64,000 bases of DNA from Longimicrobiales bacterium (GCA_965249725.1 CBDFMQ010000002.1:2752001-2816000), one strand, 5' to 3'. Positions 37,704 to 48,035 are shown, numbered from the stretch's first letter. The notes: generated by a model from the sequence alone, not told the origin. Made by a program: numbers and translations.

Positions 37704-39299
37704 CTACGGGCGCCGCCGTACGACCCGTCCGGACAGTAGACCCGTCAACTCCCCGCGTGACAGAGCCGCCTCTCCGTTTACGAAGACCTCCACCATGCCC
37801 TCGGCTATCTGGTGGGGCTCGGTGTATGTGGCCGGATCGTTCACCCGGGCAAGGTCGAAGACCACGATGTCGGCATAGGCGCCCTCCCGAATCATACCAC
37901 GATCCGGCATCCCGAAGACCTGAGCCGGAAGCGAGGTCATGCTCCGGACGGCGGCGGCGAGATCGACAACGCCCTCCTCCACTACGTAGTACCGGATCTT
38001 TCGAGAAAACACACCGTAGCTCCTGGGATGCGGCACTCCTTCGCCCATCGTCGCCAATCCACCATCGGACGACGTCATGTTCCATGGCTGCACCATGAGC
38101 GTGCGGACGTCGTCTTCGTGCATGTTGTACGAGATGATCGACACGCTCCCCTGACGCAGGAGTCTCGCAGCGGCATCCACGGGGTCCTCTCCTCGCTCGG
38201 CCGCGACATCGGACAGCAGCCGTCCTTCCAAGGACTCGTCGAACACGGCCCGGCGGAACTGGATCCGATCCGCTCCACCCCGGCGAGCCAGGTTCTCTAC
38301 CATCTCTTCGCGGATCCTGGCGAACGTCTCCGGTCGATTGAGCCGGGCATTGAGAGAATCCGCTCCTCCCGCCTCGGCCCATCGCGGTAACAGAGCCGCC
38401 CCGAGACCCGTCGACGAAGCCCCATATGGATACTGATCGCTGTATACGTCGACCCCTTCCTCACGGGCCGCGTCGATTCGTCGAACGATGGCGTGTCCAT
38501 AGCCCCACACCGTGGGACCCAATGCCTTGATGCGGGTGATCACCCCGGGAACTCCCGCCTGGCGTGCCACGTCGATTACCTCCTCCACCGCCTCGATCAC
38601 GCCCACGGTGTAGCTCGACTCGTCCCTGATATGGCTCGTGTACGCGCCCCCGAACTCGGCGACGACCCGGGCCAACTCGACGATCTCCTCAGGTTCGGAG
38701 TAGCTCCCGGGCGCATAGAACGTGCCTGACGACAGACCGAAGGCACCCGCCTCCATCCCCTGTCGAACCGCACCCCTCATCTGGTCCATCTCCGCATCGT
38801 TCGGCGCCCGGTCACCAGAACCGACGATCTCTCGGCGTATGGAGCCGTGGGGTACGAACTGAGCCACGTTCACGCCCATCCCGTGCTCGAGGAGCTGGGT
38901 GCGCTGCCGTGCGAGGTCCACCGGACCACCGCCGTCGGGGTTCACCATCACCGTCGTAAGGCCTTGGGCCAGGAGCGGCTCACCATGGCTCAAGTCGGCC
39001 GTAGCCAATCCAGGGCCCGCATGGGAATGGGAGTCGATGAAGCCCGGAGCCACGTACAAACCGGTGGCGTCGACTTCGCGCCGGGCAGACGCATCAGAGA
39101 GGTCTCCAACCGCCGCGATCCGCTCACCCCGGATCGCTACGTCACCCAGGTACCACGGGTTGCCCGAGCCGTCGAGCACGCGTCCGTTCCGGATGAGCAC
39201 GTCGTACTGCTCCTGGCCGGCAAGGAGCACCGGAACGCACGACAGCAGGAGTGCGAGGACCGCCATGGTCCCCCATGGGAGCCGGGGCAAACCTGTCAC
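37704..39299 (-). CDS. N-acyl-D-amino-acid deacylase family amidohydrolase, exported
   Basis: APGFIDSHSH, SHIRDE, DQYPY, SSDG, PHPRSYG.F, ADIVVFD, and a signal peptide. Confidence 0.9.
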   Translation of the reverse strand: MTGLPRLPWGTMAVLALLLSCVPVLLAGQEQYDVLIRNGRVLDGSGNPWYLGDVAIRGERIAAVGDLSDASARREVDATGLYVAPGFIDSHSHAGPGLATADLSHGEPLLAQGLTTVMVNPDGGGPVDLARQRTQLLEHGMGVNVAQFVPHGSIRREIVGSGDRAPNDAEMDQMRGAVRQGMEAGAFGLSSGTFYAPGSYSEPEEIVELARVVAEFGGAYTSHIRDESSYTVGVIEAVEEVIDVARQAGVPGVITRIKALGPTVWGYGHAIVRRIDAAREEGVDVYSDQYPYGASSTGLGAALLPRWAEAGGADSLNARLNRPETFARIREEMVENLARRGGADRIQFRRAVFDESLEGRLLSDVAAERGEDPVDAAARLLRQGSVSIISYNMHEDDVRTLMVQPWNMTSSDGGLATMGEGVPHPRSYGVFSRKIRYYVVEEGVVDLAAAVRSMTSLPAQVFGMPDRGMIREGAYADIVVFDLARVNDPATYTEPHQIAEGMVEVFVNGEAALSRGELTGLLSGRVVRRRP

Positions 39300-39372
39300 G
39301 ATCAGGCCTTCGTTCAGGGGTGGCGATGCGGTGGGTAGGGCAAGATGGTCCTGGGCTCAGGGGCCGGCAACA

Positions 39373-39460
39373 AGGGCCCCCGACGAACCCCCCGACGAAC
39401 CCCCCGAACCAGCGCCTCGCACCAGGGCCCCGACGAGCGCGCCCGATCAGCCCCCGAACC
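39373..39460. repeat. Short tandem and dispersed repeats (CCCCCGACGAAC)
   Basis: 12-mer at 39377 and 39389. CCCCCGAACC at 39401 and 39451. AGGGCCCC(C)GACGA at 39373 and 39424. Confidence 0.7.
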
Positions 39461-40322
39461 GAGTGAAGTACCCGAGTACCAGAGCCCCACCAGCTGGCAG
39501 ATTGCGACCGTCCAAGGGCACCCTCCAACCCACCTCGAACCCTCCCAACGGAGTCTCGTACCAGAGAGACGGCGTCAGTTGAAGGTACTGGCGTTGGCTG
39601 GACTCGATCGTGAGCCCCTCCTGGACCGGGGCATCGGAGTCCCACCCTTCGGCGACGAGCTTGTACTGGAACTTCCCGACGGCTCCACCCACCTGCGCCA
39701 AGAAGAAGATCTCCTCTCCGGGGTCGATCGCCGCCTCTTCATTGAGCTGGCGATACCGATAGCCCACCCATCCGTTCACGTAGAGGGAGCGGGGCCAAAA
39801 CGAGTGCCCGATCTCGACCATGATCTCCCAATCGGTCTGTCCCTCGCTGAGCGGGATGATCTCGGCGTCCACGGGAGAGCTTCCGACGGGCAGCTTCACG
39901 CCACTTCGGATGGCGAACGGAAAGTCCACTCCTGCGTACTTGAGCGGCGCCACCCTCAGCCAGACGTTGACGTCGCCGAGCCCGTCCTCGGAACGGTCAG
40001 CACCGGCGTCGGAGAACGACAGGCGGTTGACGGAGCCTCGGGCCCACAGGTCCCAGTTGGGAATCAAGCCCACGGCCCCCGTAACGAAGAAGGCGGTGGA
40101 CTTCGCGTGCCCGTCGAAGGGGATGGGGCCCTTCACGCCCTCCAGGTCATAGCGGTCCGTAGTGTCCTGGTGGTAGACCTCCGCGCTGACCCACCCCTTT
40201 CCAGGCGCCTCGACCCATTGGCCCGCCACCGCGTTCGGAAGAACCACGGCCGCGACGACGGCAGCCGCCAACAAGGAACGCGCGGCACGGGCCAACGTCG
40301 TGTGAGGCAGGTCGGAGCCCAT
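39447..40322 (-). CDS. Putative outer-membrane beta-barrel protein
   Basis: Signal peptide, GLGDV, GVKLP.G, alternating beta-strand pattern, aromatic C-terminus YFTRF. Confidence 0.65.
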   Translation of the reverse strand: MGSDLPHTTLARAARSLLAAAVVAAVVLPNAVAGQWVEAPGKGWVSAEVYHQDTTDRYDLEGVKGPIPFDGHAKSTAFFVTGAVGLIPNWDLWARGSVNRLSFSDAGADRSEDGLGDVNVWLRVAPLKYAGVDFPFAIRSGVKLPVGSSPVDAEIIPLSEGQTDWEIMVEIGHSFWPRSLYVNGWVGYRYRQLNEEAAIDPGEEIFFLAQVGGAVGKFQYKLVAEGWDSDAPVQEGLTIESSQRQYLQLTPSLWYETPLGGFEVGWRVPLDGRNLPAGGALVLGYFTRFGG

Positions 40323-40493
40323 TCATATCCCCAAAAAAGAGTCCATTCGCGCGGGCCCACGCTTTACGCGTGCGGCCACTCGTAGAGAATCACGGTGAGT
40401 CGGGAAAGGTTCCGCATGGTGCCCGCGTCCGAGACGGTGTCCGGTGACGGCGCCGAGGAACTGCCGCGTCCGACGGGTGTCCGACTGGGTTCC

Positions 40494-42214
40494 ATGAGCA
40501 CAATGGAGAACCTGGTCGATCTGCTACGAGAGATCGACGGAAGAGGATACAAGGCGTACAAGGCCCTTCGTGGCGTCTGGGCGTTCCCCGGCTTCGTGCT
40601 CCACGTCGATCACGTGCAAGGGGATCCCTTCGCCACGCCGAGCAGGGTCCGAGCTCTACTGCCCCCAGACACCACCCGTCTCGCACCTTGCGCGTGTAGC
40701 AACGCCTCCCGGCGCCGCGGCGTGGCGAGTCTGTTGGCCCGGCGCTTCCACCAGACCGCGGTCGCCACGATGAAGCCCCGGGGTATCGGCAAGAGCGGAG
40801 CGATCGAAATCGAGACCCCCGGCCAAGAGGTCGTGGCTCACACCGCCGCTATCGTGGCCGAAGACGGCGGCGTGGAGGCACGTTTCACCGTCGGCCTCCC
40901 GGCCGCCGGCCGCCGTGTGCTGGCCGAGGAGGCCGTGGCGCTCCTCACCGAAGACGTGCCCGCCGTAGTAAACGACAGTCTGCTGGAGACGGCGGTCGGA
41001 TCCGACGAGGTGCTGAGGCACGCCCTCACCAACGAAGATGCCGACACACTACGCGATTCCCTGAGCGAACACGGCTGGGTCGCCTTCGTGGCCAACGGTT
41101 CCTCCCTCCCGCGCAGGAGCGGCATTGACGACCGGCCGCTATCCGGGGACGGGGTCGTGCCGTTCACCGCACCGTCGAGCCTCTCAGCCAGCGTCGAACT
41201 GCCCAACATCGGTTCCCTGACCGGCATGGCACTTCCCCGCGGTGTAGGCCTCATCGTGGGCGGCGGCTATCACGGGAAGTGCACGCTGCTCAGAGCCCTC
41301 GAGGCCGGTGTCTACAATCACTGTCCGGGAGACGGCCGTGAATTCGCCGTGTCCGACGCGGCCGCCATCAAGGTCCAGGCCGAAGACGGGCGCTCCGTCT
41401 CCGGCGTAGATATCTCTCCGTTCATCGACGGCCTGCCGCAGGGCCAGGACACCAAAGTGTTCTCCACGCCGAACGCCTCCGGATCTACCAGCCAGGCCGC
41501 CTCGATCATGGAGGCGTTGGAGGTCGGCGCAACGACCCTGCTCATCGACGAAGACACGGCAGCCACAAATTTCATGATCCGCGATCGCCGCATGCAGGCT
41601 CTCGTCCCAAGGCAGGGGAGCCCATCACCCCCTTCGTCGACCGAGTAAGGACGCTGTGGGTGGAGAGAGGCGTAAGCTCGGTGATCGTACTCGGCGGAAG
41701 TGGGGACTATCTCGACGTAGCCGACACCGTGGTGGCCATGAGGGAGTTCCGACCACATGACGTGACCGAGGAAGCCAACAAGGTCGCCGAAGATCTCCCT
41801 ACCGGCCGTCACCCGGAAACGCCGGACGAGATGGGTCCGATCCGCCCTCGGGCCCCGGTCCCGCACTCCGTGGATCCGAGCAGGGGGAGGCGTGAGGTGG
41901 ACCTCAAGGTCCGTGATAGGGAGACACTCGTGTTCGGACGGCAGGTGATCGATCTCTCGGCCTTATCACAGTTGGTTTCGCGAGCTCAGACGAGGGCCAT
42001 CGGAAGGGCACTCGTGCTGGCCCGTGAGAGTTTCATGGACGGGCAACGCTCAGTGGGTGAGATTGCGGACCTGATTGCGCGTATCATTGAGAGCGAGGGT
42101 CTGGACGGTCTGGACGAGCGGCGGACCGGTGAACTGGCTGAGTTTCGGCCTTTGGAGTTCGCCGCAACGCTCAACCGTCTTCGCACACTCGAAGTGAACG
42201 TGAACACGGGCTGA
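40494..42214 (+). pseudogene. ABC-class ATPase-domain protein (PF09818-like), split by a 1-nt deletion at ~41606-41618
   Basis: DHVQGDPFA.PS, GGGYHGK(C)T, AEDGR, ASGSTSQAA, LIDEDTAATNFMIRD. The shifted frame continues EPITPFVDRV...GGSGDYLDVAD...AATLNRLR. Confidence 0.85.
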
Positions 42215-42293
42215 CGGAGCCGCTCCCCCTCAGCGGACCCGCCGCCTTGATACTCCTGGTGCCCCGATGGGCACTCATAGAGAAGGAAGAGCC

Positions 42294-45119
42294 ATGTCTT
42301 CGCCAACCCGCTGGGCCCTAGCACGGTCCCTACCGAAGTCGCTAGCAAAGTCCCTTGACAGGCTTCTCCCGAAGTCGCTAGCCAGCTTCACCGTCCTTGC
42401 CCTCATGATGGCCGGCCCGGTGTGGAGCCCGCTGTGGAGCCAGGAGGTCACCCGTGTAGGAGAGGTGGAAGGCATCGTGGAGTACCGGCTGGACAACGGG
42501 CTACGCTTCCTTCTCTTCCCCGACGCAAGCAAGCCGACCGCTACGGTCAACGTCACGTACAGCGTGGGATCACGGCACGAAGCCTATGGCGAGACGGGAA
42601 TGGCGCACCTGCTGGAGCATCTCGTCTTCCAGGGGACCCCGGACCACCCGGACATCACGAAGGAGCTGACGGAGCGGGGGGCGCGCCCCAACGGCACGAC
42701 GTCTTTCGACCGCACCAACTACTTCGAGACCTTTCCGGCTAGCGAGGACAACCTCGAGTGGGCCCTCGATCTCGAGTCCGATCGCATGGTCAACTCGTTC
42801 ATCAGCGCGGACGACCTCGACTCAGAGATGACGGTGGTCCGCAATGAGATGGAGTCCGGAGAGAACAGCCCCTTCCGCATTCTCATGGAGCGCACGCTTT
42901 CGACCGCCTACCTCTGGCACAACTACGGGAAGTCGATTATCGGAGCTCGCTCCGACGTGGAGAACGTGCCCATTGATCGGCTTCAGGCCTTTTACAGGAA
43001 GTACTACCAACCGGACAACGCCTTGCTGATCGTCTCGGGAAAATTCGACGATGATCACGCCATCGAGCTCATCGTAGAGACATTCGGGCAGATCCCCCGT
43101 CCCGACCGATCCGGGGCCAACACACTCTGGGACACCTACACTCGTGAGCCTGTGCAGGACGGGGAGCGCATGGTGACCCTCCGGCGCGTCGGCGACGTCC
43201 AGGTCGTGATGATGTCCTATCACGTCCCTCCGGGCTCGCATCCCGACTATGCGGCCGTAGACATCCTGGCGCAGGTGCTGGGCGACCAGCCTTCCGGACG
43301 TCTCTACAAGTCCCTGGTAGAACCCGGGCTCGCCGCGTCTACCGGCGCCTTCGCCTATCAACTCCGCGAGGCGGGTCCGTTGCTCACATTCGCTCAGGTT
43401 CGTCCCGAAGACGACCTCCAGGCCACCTGGACGGCGATGGAGGAGTCTCTGGAAGGTGTCCTTCGCAGCCCCATCACCGGCGAGGAGATCGAGCGCGCCA
43501 GAACGGCGCTCCTAAAGAGCGTCGAGCAAGTGTTCAACAATCCGGAGCGGATTGCCCTGCAGCTGAGTGAATGGGCCGCCATGGGTGACTGGCGGCTCTT
43601 CTTCGTGCACCGGGACCGGATCGAGGCGGTGGTGGCGGCCGACGTGCAGCGGGTCGCCGCCGAGTACCTCAAGCCCGACAACCGAACCGTCGGCCTCTTC
43701 TACCCGACCGAGGATCCCGACCGAGCTGAAGTGCCCGATCTGCCGGACATTGCCGCGGATCTCGAGGGCTACACGGGCCGGGAGGCGGTCGCGGCGGGTG
43801 AAGAGTTCGATCCGTCGCCAGCGAACATCGAGAACCGGACCGTCCGGTACACGTTGCCGAATGGGATCAAGGTGGCGCTGCTCCCCAAGTCGACCCGTGG
43901 AGAGACCGTCGTAGCGCGTTTCCGAGTGATCCTCGGTGACGAGGAGGCTCTGGCTGGTCGAGCGACCGCCGGGAGCATGGCCGGCGCCATGCTGATGCGG
44001 GGATCGAGCGGCCACACGCGTCAACAGATTCAGGACGAGCTCGATCGCCTGCAAGCCTCCGGCTCCGTGTCGGGCAGTGTGAGCCAGGCCTCCGGTCAGG
44101 TGCAGACGACACGCGAGAATCTGGCCGACGTCATTCGACTCATGGCGGAGATCATCCGCACACCCACTTTTCCGACGGACGAGTTCGAGACGCTCAAGGA
44201 GCAGCGTCTCGCCGGGTTGGAGCAGCAGCGCTCCGACCCCAACGCGCTGGCACAGATCGCGGTCGGGAGGCACATGAATCCGGTGCCTGCGGGGCATCCG
44301 AGCTACACGCAGACCGTCGACGAGGCCGTCGACGCCATGGAAGCCGTTACCCTCGATGAAGCTCGGGTATTCTACGAGGACTTCTACGGGCCCCAACTGG
44401 GGACGCTGGGGATTGTCGGCGATTTCGACGAAACCGAAATGCGAGGTGTCATCGAAGCGGCTCTTGGCGACTGGGAAAGCCCGCATGCGGCCGTGCGCAT
44501 CGCCACGGAATTCGTCGACCCACCGGCTGCCGATCTGCAGATCGAGACCCCGGACAAGGCGAACGCCATCTTCGTCGCCCGGCAGAATCTCGCCCTCCGC
44601 GACGACAACCCCGATTACCCGGCCCTCGTGTTGGGCGGATACATGATCGGAGGTGGGGTGATGAACTCGCGCCTGGCGAAGCGCATCCGCCAAGAAGATG
44701 GGCTCAGCTATGGTGTCGGCGGCGGTATCAACGGTCACCCCATCGACGAGTCGGGCTCTTTCCTCGCTTTCGCCATCTACGCCCCTGAAAACGCGGAGGC
44801 GTTGGAGGCGGCGTTCCAGGAGGAGATGCAGAAGGTGCTGGACGGCGGGTTCGCCGAGGAGGAGCTGGAGATCGCGAAGCAGGGGTACCTCCAGTCCCGC
44901 CAGTTGAATCGGGCCCAAGACCCCTCGCTGGTAAGCGCCCTAACGCAGGGTCTCTACTTCGACCGGGACCTGACGTGGGACGCCGAACTGGAGGAGCGGC
45001 TTCAGGCCGTTACGGCCCAGGAGGTCAACGCCGCAGTGCGTCGGTACCTGGACCTGAGTAAGATGACGATCGTGAAGGCTGGCGATTTCGAGGGCGCCGC
45101 AGCCAAGGTGATCCCTTAG
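42294..45119 (+). CDS. M16 family zinc peptidase (pitrilysin-like), exported
   Basis: GMAHLLEH, NGTTSFDRTNY, two M16 halves, R...GLSY, and a signal peptide. Confidence 0.95.
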   Translation: MSSPTRWALARSLPKSLAKSLDRLLPKSLASFTVLALMMAGPVWSPLWSQEVTRVGEVEGIVEYRLDNGLRFLLFPDASKPTATVNVTYSVGSRHEAYGETGMAHLLEHLVFQGTPDHPDITKELTERGARPNGTTSFDRTNYFETFPASEDNLEWALDLESDRMVNSFISADDLDSEMTVVRNEMESGENSPFRILMERTLSTAYLWHNYGKSIIGARSDVENVPIDRLQAFYRKYYQPDNALLIVSGKFDDDHAIELIVETFGQIPRPDRSGANTLWDTYTREPVQDGERMVTLRRVGDVQVVMMSYHVPPGSHPDYAAVDILAQVLGDQPSGRLYKSLVEPGLAASTGAFAYQLREAGPLLTFAQVRPEDDLQATWTAMEESLEGVLRSPITGEEIERARTALLKSVEQVFNNPERIALQLSEWAAMGDWRLFFVHRDRIEAVVAADVQRVAAEYLKPDNRTVGLFYPTEDPDRAEVPDLPDIAADLEGYTGREAVAAGEEFDPSPANIENRTVRYTLPNGIKVALLPKSTRGETVVARFRVILGDEEALAGRATAGSMAGAMLMRGSSGHTRQQIQDELDRLQASGSVSGSVSQASGQVQTTRENLADVIRLMAEIIRTPTFPTDEFETLKEQRLAGLEQQRSDPNALAQIAVGRHMNPVPAGHPSYTQTVDEAVDAMEAVTLDEARVFYEDFYGPQLGTLGIVGDFDETEMRGVIEAALGDWESPHAAVRIATEFVDPPAADLQIETPDKANAIFVARQNLALRDDNPDYPALVLGGYMIGGGVMNSRLAKRIRQEDGLSYGVGGGINGHPIDESGSFLAFAIYAPENAEALEAAFQEEMQKVLDGGFAEEELEIAKQGYLQSRQLNRAQDPSLVSALTQGLYFDRDLTWDAELEERLQAVTAQEVNAAVRRYLDLSKMTIVKAGDFEGAAAKVIP

Positions 45120-45151
45120 CCACCCTGGAGGTCGGATCCGGGAACGGACCC

Positions 45152-45191
45152 AAAGAAAAAGGCCGATGGACCTGAACGGGTCCACCGGCTT
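45152..45191 (-). terminator. Rho-independent terminator
   Basis: On the minus strand, stem AGCCGGTGGACC/GGTCCATCGGCC is followed by TTTTTCTTT. Confidence 0.7.
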
Positions 45192-45213
45192 GGAGTCGAG
45201 GGGGCGTCAGGAC

Positions 45214-45414
45214 TCAGTCGGACTTTGCCTCCCCAGAGTATCCACCCTCCGCGAGGAGCTCTTTGAGACGACCCTCACGCTCGGGCAGGTTCGTCTTCGC
45301 GATGGCTCTGGCCAGGGTGATGCGATCTTCATCCGAGACCTTGTCCAAGATGTTGATCGGGGCGCCGTAGCGCAGGAGGATGCGCTTGGCATCGACGACT
45401 ACTGAATCGGACAC
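45214..45414 (-). CDS. Small hypothetical protein (66 aa)
   Basis: GTG 45414 with GGAGAG RBS (MSDSVVVDAKRILLRYGAP...). Followed by a terminator. Confidence 0.7.
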   Translation of the reverse strand: MSDSVVVDAKRILLRYGAPINILDKVSDEDRITLARAIAKTNLPEREGRLKELLAEGGYSGEAKSD

Positions 45415-45482
45415 TTGAACTCTCCGGACCAGCCGTGGACCATAGACGTGAAATCGGCTAAATGTAGCTCCATCTACCACTT

Positions 45483-46766
45483 ATGCCAACGGATCACGCG
45501 CCCGTGACGCCGCTGGCCCGCTACTCGTTCGCCGTATTGGTTCCCGTAGCCATCGGCGTCCTTGCGGGGCTGTGGGCGACGACTTCCGCGTTCCAGCGAT
45601 GGCAGAAGGAGACCGATCTGCGAGTCGCGGCATCGGCGACGGATCTCATCCTGCAGGAGATGGGCGCCACGCGCGACGCTTTACTGAAGGAAGCCGTCGC
45701 GGTCGAGCCCACCCCCCCCTATCCGCCACAGGTTGAAGCGGCTCTGCGAGGCGATACCGTGCTGGCCATGGGCAGCTCCGAGGAGAGTCTGGAGCTCACC
45801 GTTGCTTACGGAGAGGGGTCCATGGTGCGAATCGCCACGGGTCCATTTCGGCCGACGGTGCTCGAGGTGCTCCCGAGCATCACCGGGTATCGGCTCGCCC
45901 TCTACCTGCGTGGAACCCGTACGGTGACCACCGAACCTCCATTCAGTCCCGAAGTGTTGCACCCGGAGGTGCTCCTGACGTTGGCGCGCCAGGCCGATGG
46001 AATGGTCATCGAGTCGGATGGGGTCACCGGCGCGCTCCGGGCCTTCCAGGCAGTGCCGGGTCGTCCCTCCGACGTCGCGGTGATGGCGACGGCCGAGGAC
46101 GATACTCGCATTCAGGCCAGCGGAACGACCGCCCCAGTGACGGTCTTGATCGTAGTCTTGTTGTTGTCCGGATTCGCCGCCTGGACCACTCATCACCCGC
46201 GTCATGCATCTGCGCCCGACTGGGGTCAGATAGAGCGTTCGACCCTCCAGTGGTCGCTGGTCGTGTTGGTGCCGGTGATCGCGGGCTCGGCGATTCTGCT
46301 GTCCTTCGACCGAGACTTCCGCCAAGGCGCCACGACAAGCATGCGCGAACAGTTGAGTCGGGCCATCATCCTGGTCAAACAGGTCGATCGGCTGAGTTCT
46401 GCTTCGGCGTCGGGCGCGATCACCGGATTCGAAGCGGCACGACTCCGCGCGGGCGTCGTCGAGGCCACGACTCGAGATGAACCCGACCTGATCGAAGCGC
46501 TCCGCCAATTGCGCCCTCCACCCCCGAATTTCACATCGTCGGGCACGCTGGCGGTCGACGACGGCACGCGATTCTACTCGGCCGCGCGTACCCCCAACGG
46601 AGCCACGTTGGTCCTAATCGGGCCGGTCATGGAGGTGCGGTGGGGAGAGGTCCGACGGGCCCTGGGCTTGGCGGGACTCCTGATTCTACTGCCCCCCCTG
46701 CTGTTCCTCTGGTTCTCCGAGCATCCTCGATCGGAATTGATCTCCGAGGAATCCGGCCCGACCTGA
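45483..46766 (+). CDS. Four-TM membrane protein with two Cache-like extracytoplasmic domains
   Basis: TM-domain-TM-TM-domain-TM layout, with internal similarity ITGYRLALYLRGTRTVTT / ITGFEAARLRAGVVEATT. Confidence 0.6.
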   Translation: MPTDHAPVTPLARYSFAVLVPVAIGVLAGLWATTSAFQRWQKETDLRVAASATDLILQEMGATRDALLKEAVAVEPTPPYPPQVEAALRGDTVLAMGSSEESLELTVAYGEGSMVRIATGPFRPTVLEVLPSITGYRLALYLRGTRTVTTEPPFSPEVLHPEVLLTLARQADGMVIESDGVTGALRAFQAVPGRPSDVAVMATAEDDTRIQASGTTAPVTVLIVVLLLSGFAAWTTHHPRHASAPDWGQIERSTLQWSLVVLVPVIAGSAILLSFDRDFRQGATTSMREQLSRAIILVKQVDRLSSASASGAITGFEAARLRAGVVEATTRDEPDLIEALRQLRPPPPNFTSSGTLAVDDGTRFYSAARTPNGATLVLIGPVMEVRWGEVRRALGLAGLLILLPPLLFLWFSEHPRSELISEESGPT

Positions 46767-46769
46767 TTC

Positions 46770-47183
46770 TCAGTTCATCAAGTCGGGGTCGTCGGGTCCA
46801 CTGGCGGTAAGGGGCGCCTCGAGGTCGAATCGCGGAATGAGGACGTCGAACTCCTGGCCATCCGGACCCACGAAGGTGTAGTACCCCTCCATGAAACCGG
46901 CCGGCGAATGCAGGATGCAGAAGCTCTCGTACTCGTGTGACTTGCCCGGCTTGAGCGTGGGCTGCTCGCCCACCACGCCCTCTCCGTCCACTTCAGAGTC
47001 CTCGCCCATGGCGTCGTGTATGTGCCAGTGGCGAAAGAGGAGGGTCGCCGGCACATCACCCTGGTTCTCCAACTCGACCAGATAGGTGAAGACGAACCTG
47101 CCCTCCTCGGGCTCGGAGTGAGACAAGGAGAAGCTCGGTTGCACCGACACGCGGATGCCCTTGGTGGTCGTCTCGTAGCTCAT
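46770..47183 (-). CDS. apaG: ApaG protein
   Basis: GIRVSV, FTY.V..EN, RHWHI.D, GEGVVGEQP.L.PG, MEG.Y. Confidence 0.92.
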   Translation of the reverse strand: MSYETTTKGIRVSVQPSFSLSHSEPEEGRFVFTYLVELENQGDVPATLLFRHWHIHDAMGEDSEVDGEGVVGEQPTLKPGKSHEYESFCILHSPAGFMEGYYTFVGPDGQEFDVLIPRFDLEAPLTASGPDDPDLMN

Positions 47184-47314
47184 GAGGGCATCATAGGCCG
47201 ATCGCATTGGCGGCGCCAACACCGTCGGTGGGAGTCGGCCACGCCCGCGGCGGAACACCTCGCCCCAGGTCGCCCCGGGCTTTCCACCCGTTTGGGCTTC
47301 ACGCATGTTTACTC

Positions 47315-48004
47315 ATGAAGGACCGCTCTCCCACACCCCTCAGTCGATCGGTCGAGGACTACCTCAAGGCGGTCTATTCCCTCACCGAACGAGGGGAGGC
47401 CGCATCGACCAACGCCCTCGCCGGAGCCCTGGACGTCCAGCCCGCATCCGTCACGGGCATGGTGAAACGCCTGGCCGAAGGAGGGTACGTCGAGCATGCG
47501 CGCTATCGCGGCGTCAGGCTCACCGAGACGGGTGCTCGGGAAGCGCTGAGGATCATCCGTCGACACCGCATTCTCGAGACGTACCTTCACGTTCAGCTGG
47601 GTTACTCGTGGGATGACGTTCACGCGGAGGCCGAGCGGCTCGAGCACGCCGCCTCTGAGGAACTCATCGACCGCATGGCAACGGTGTTGGAGGATCCCAG
47701 CCACGATCCGCATGGGGCTCCAATCCCCACCCGAGCCGGTGAAATCGAGGCATCCGACTTCGCCACGCTGGACGAGGTGGATTCTGGAGCCACCGTCGAG
47801 ATACGGGCGGTCCAGGACGAAGATCCGGAGCGGTTGCGGTATATGGAGGCGCTAGGCCTGACGCCAGGCACACAGCTCACCGTGGTCGACCATTCTCAGT
47901 ACGATGGTCCCCTGACCGTGTGCGTGGCGAACGCCCCGGGAACCGAGGTCATCGGGTCCGACCTCGCCGGCAAGATTTTCGTCACCCCGGTGGTCGCGGA
48001 GTAG
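47315..48004 (+). CDS. DtxR/MntR family metal-dependent regulator with FeoA domain
   Basis: EDYLKAVY, SVTGMVKRL, RRHRILE, EAERLEH, DPHGAPIP. Confidence 0.93.
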   Translation: MKDRSPTPLSRSVEDYLKAVYSLTERGEAASTNALAGALDVQPASVTGMVKRLAEGGYVEHARYRGVRLTETGAREALRIIRRHRILETYLHVQLGYSWDDVHAEAERLEHAASEELIDRMATVLEDPSHDPHGAPIPTRAGEIEASDFATLDEVDSGATVEIRAVQDEDPERLRYMEALGLTPGTQLTVVDHSQYDGPLTVCVANAPGTEVIGSDLAGKIFVTPVVAE

Positions 48005-48035
48005 ATCCCGGCCGCCTCACCCCCGGGCACCTCAC

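Noticed and set aside
43512..44918. 468-aa minus-strand ORF and similar long shadows (37066-38382, 32903-34090, 52645-53775)
   Set aside because: They lie opposite or out of frame with well-supported genes and have no independent coding signal.
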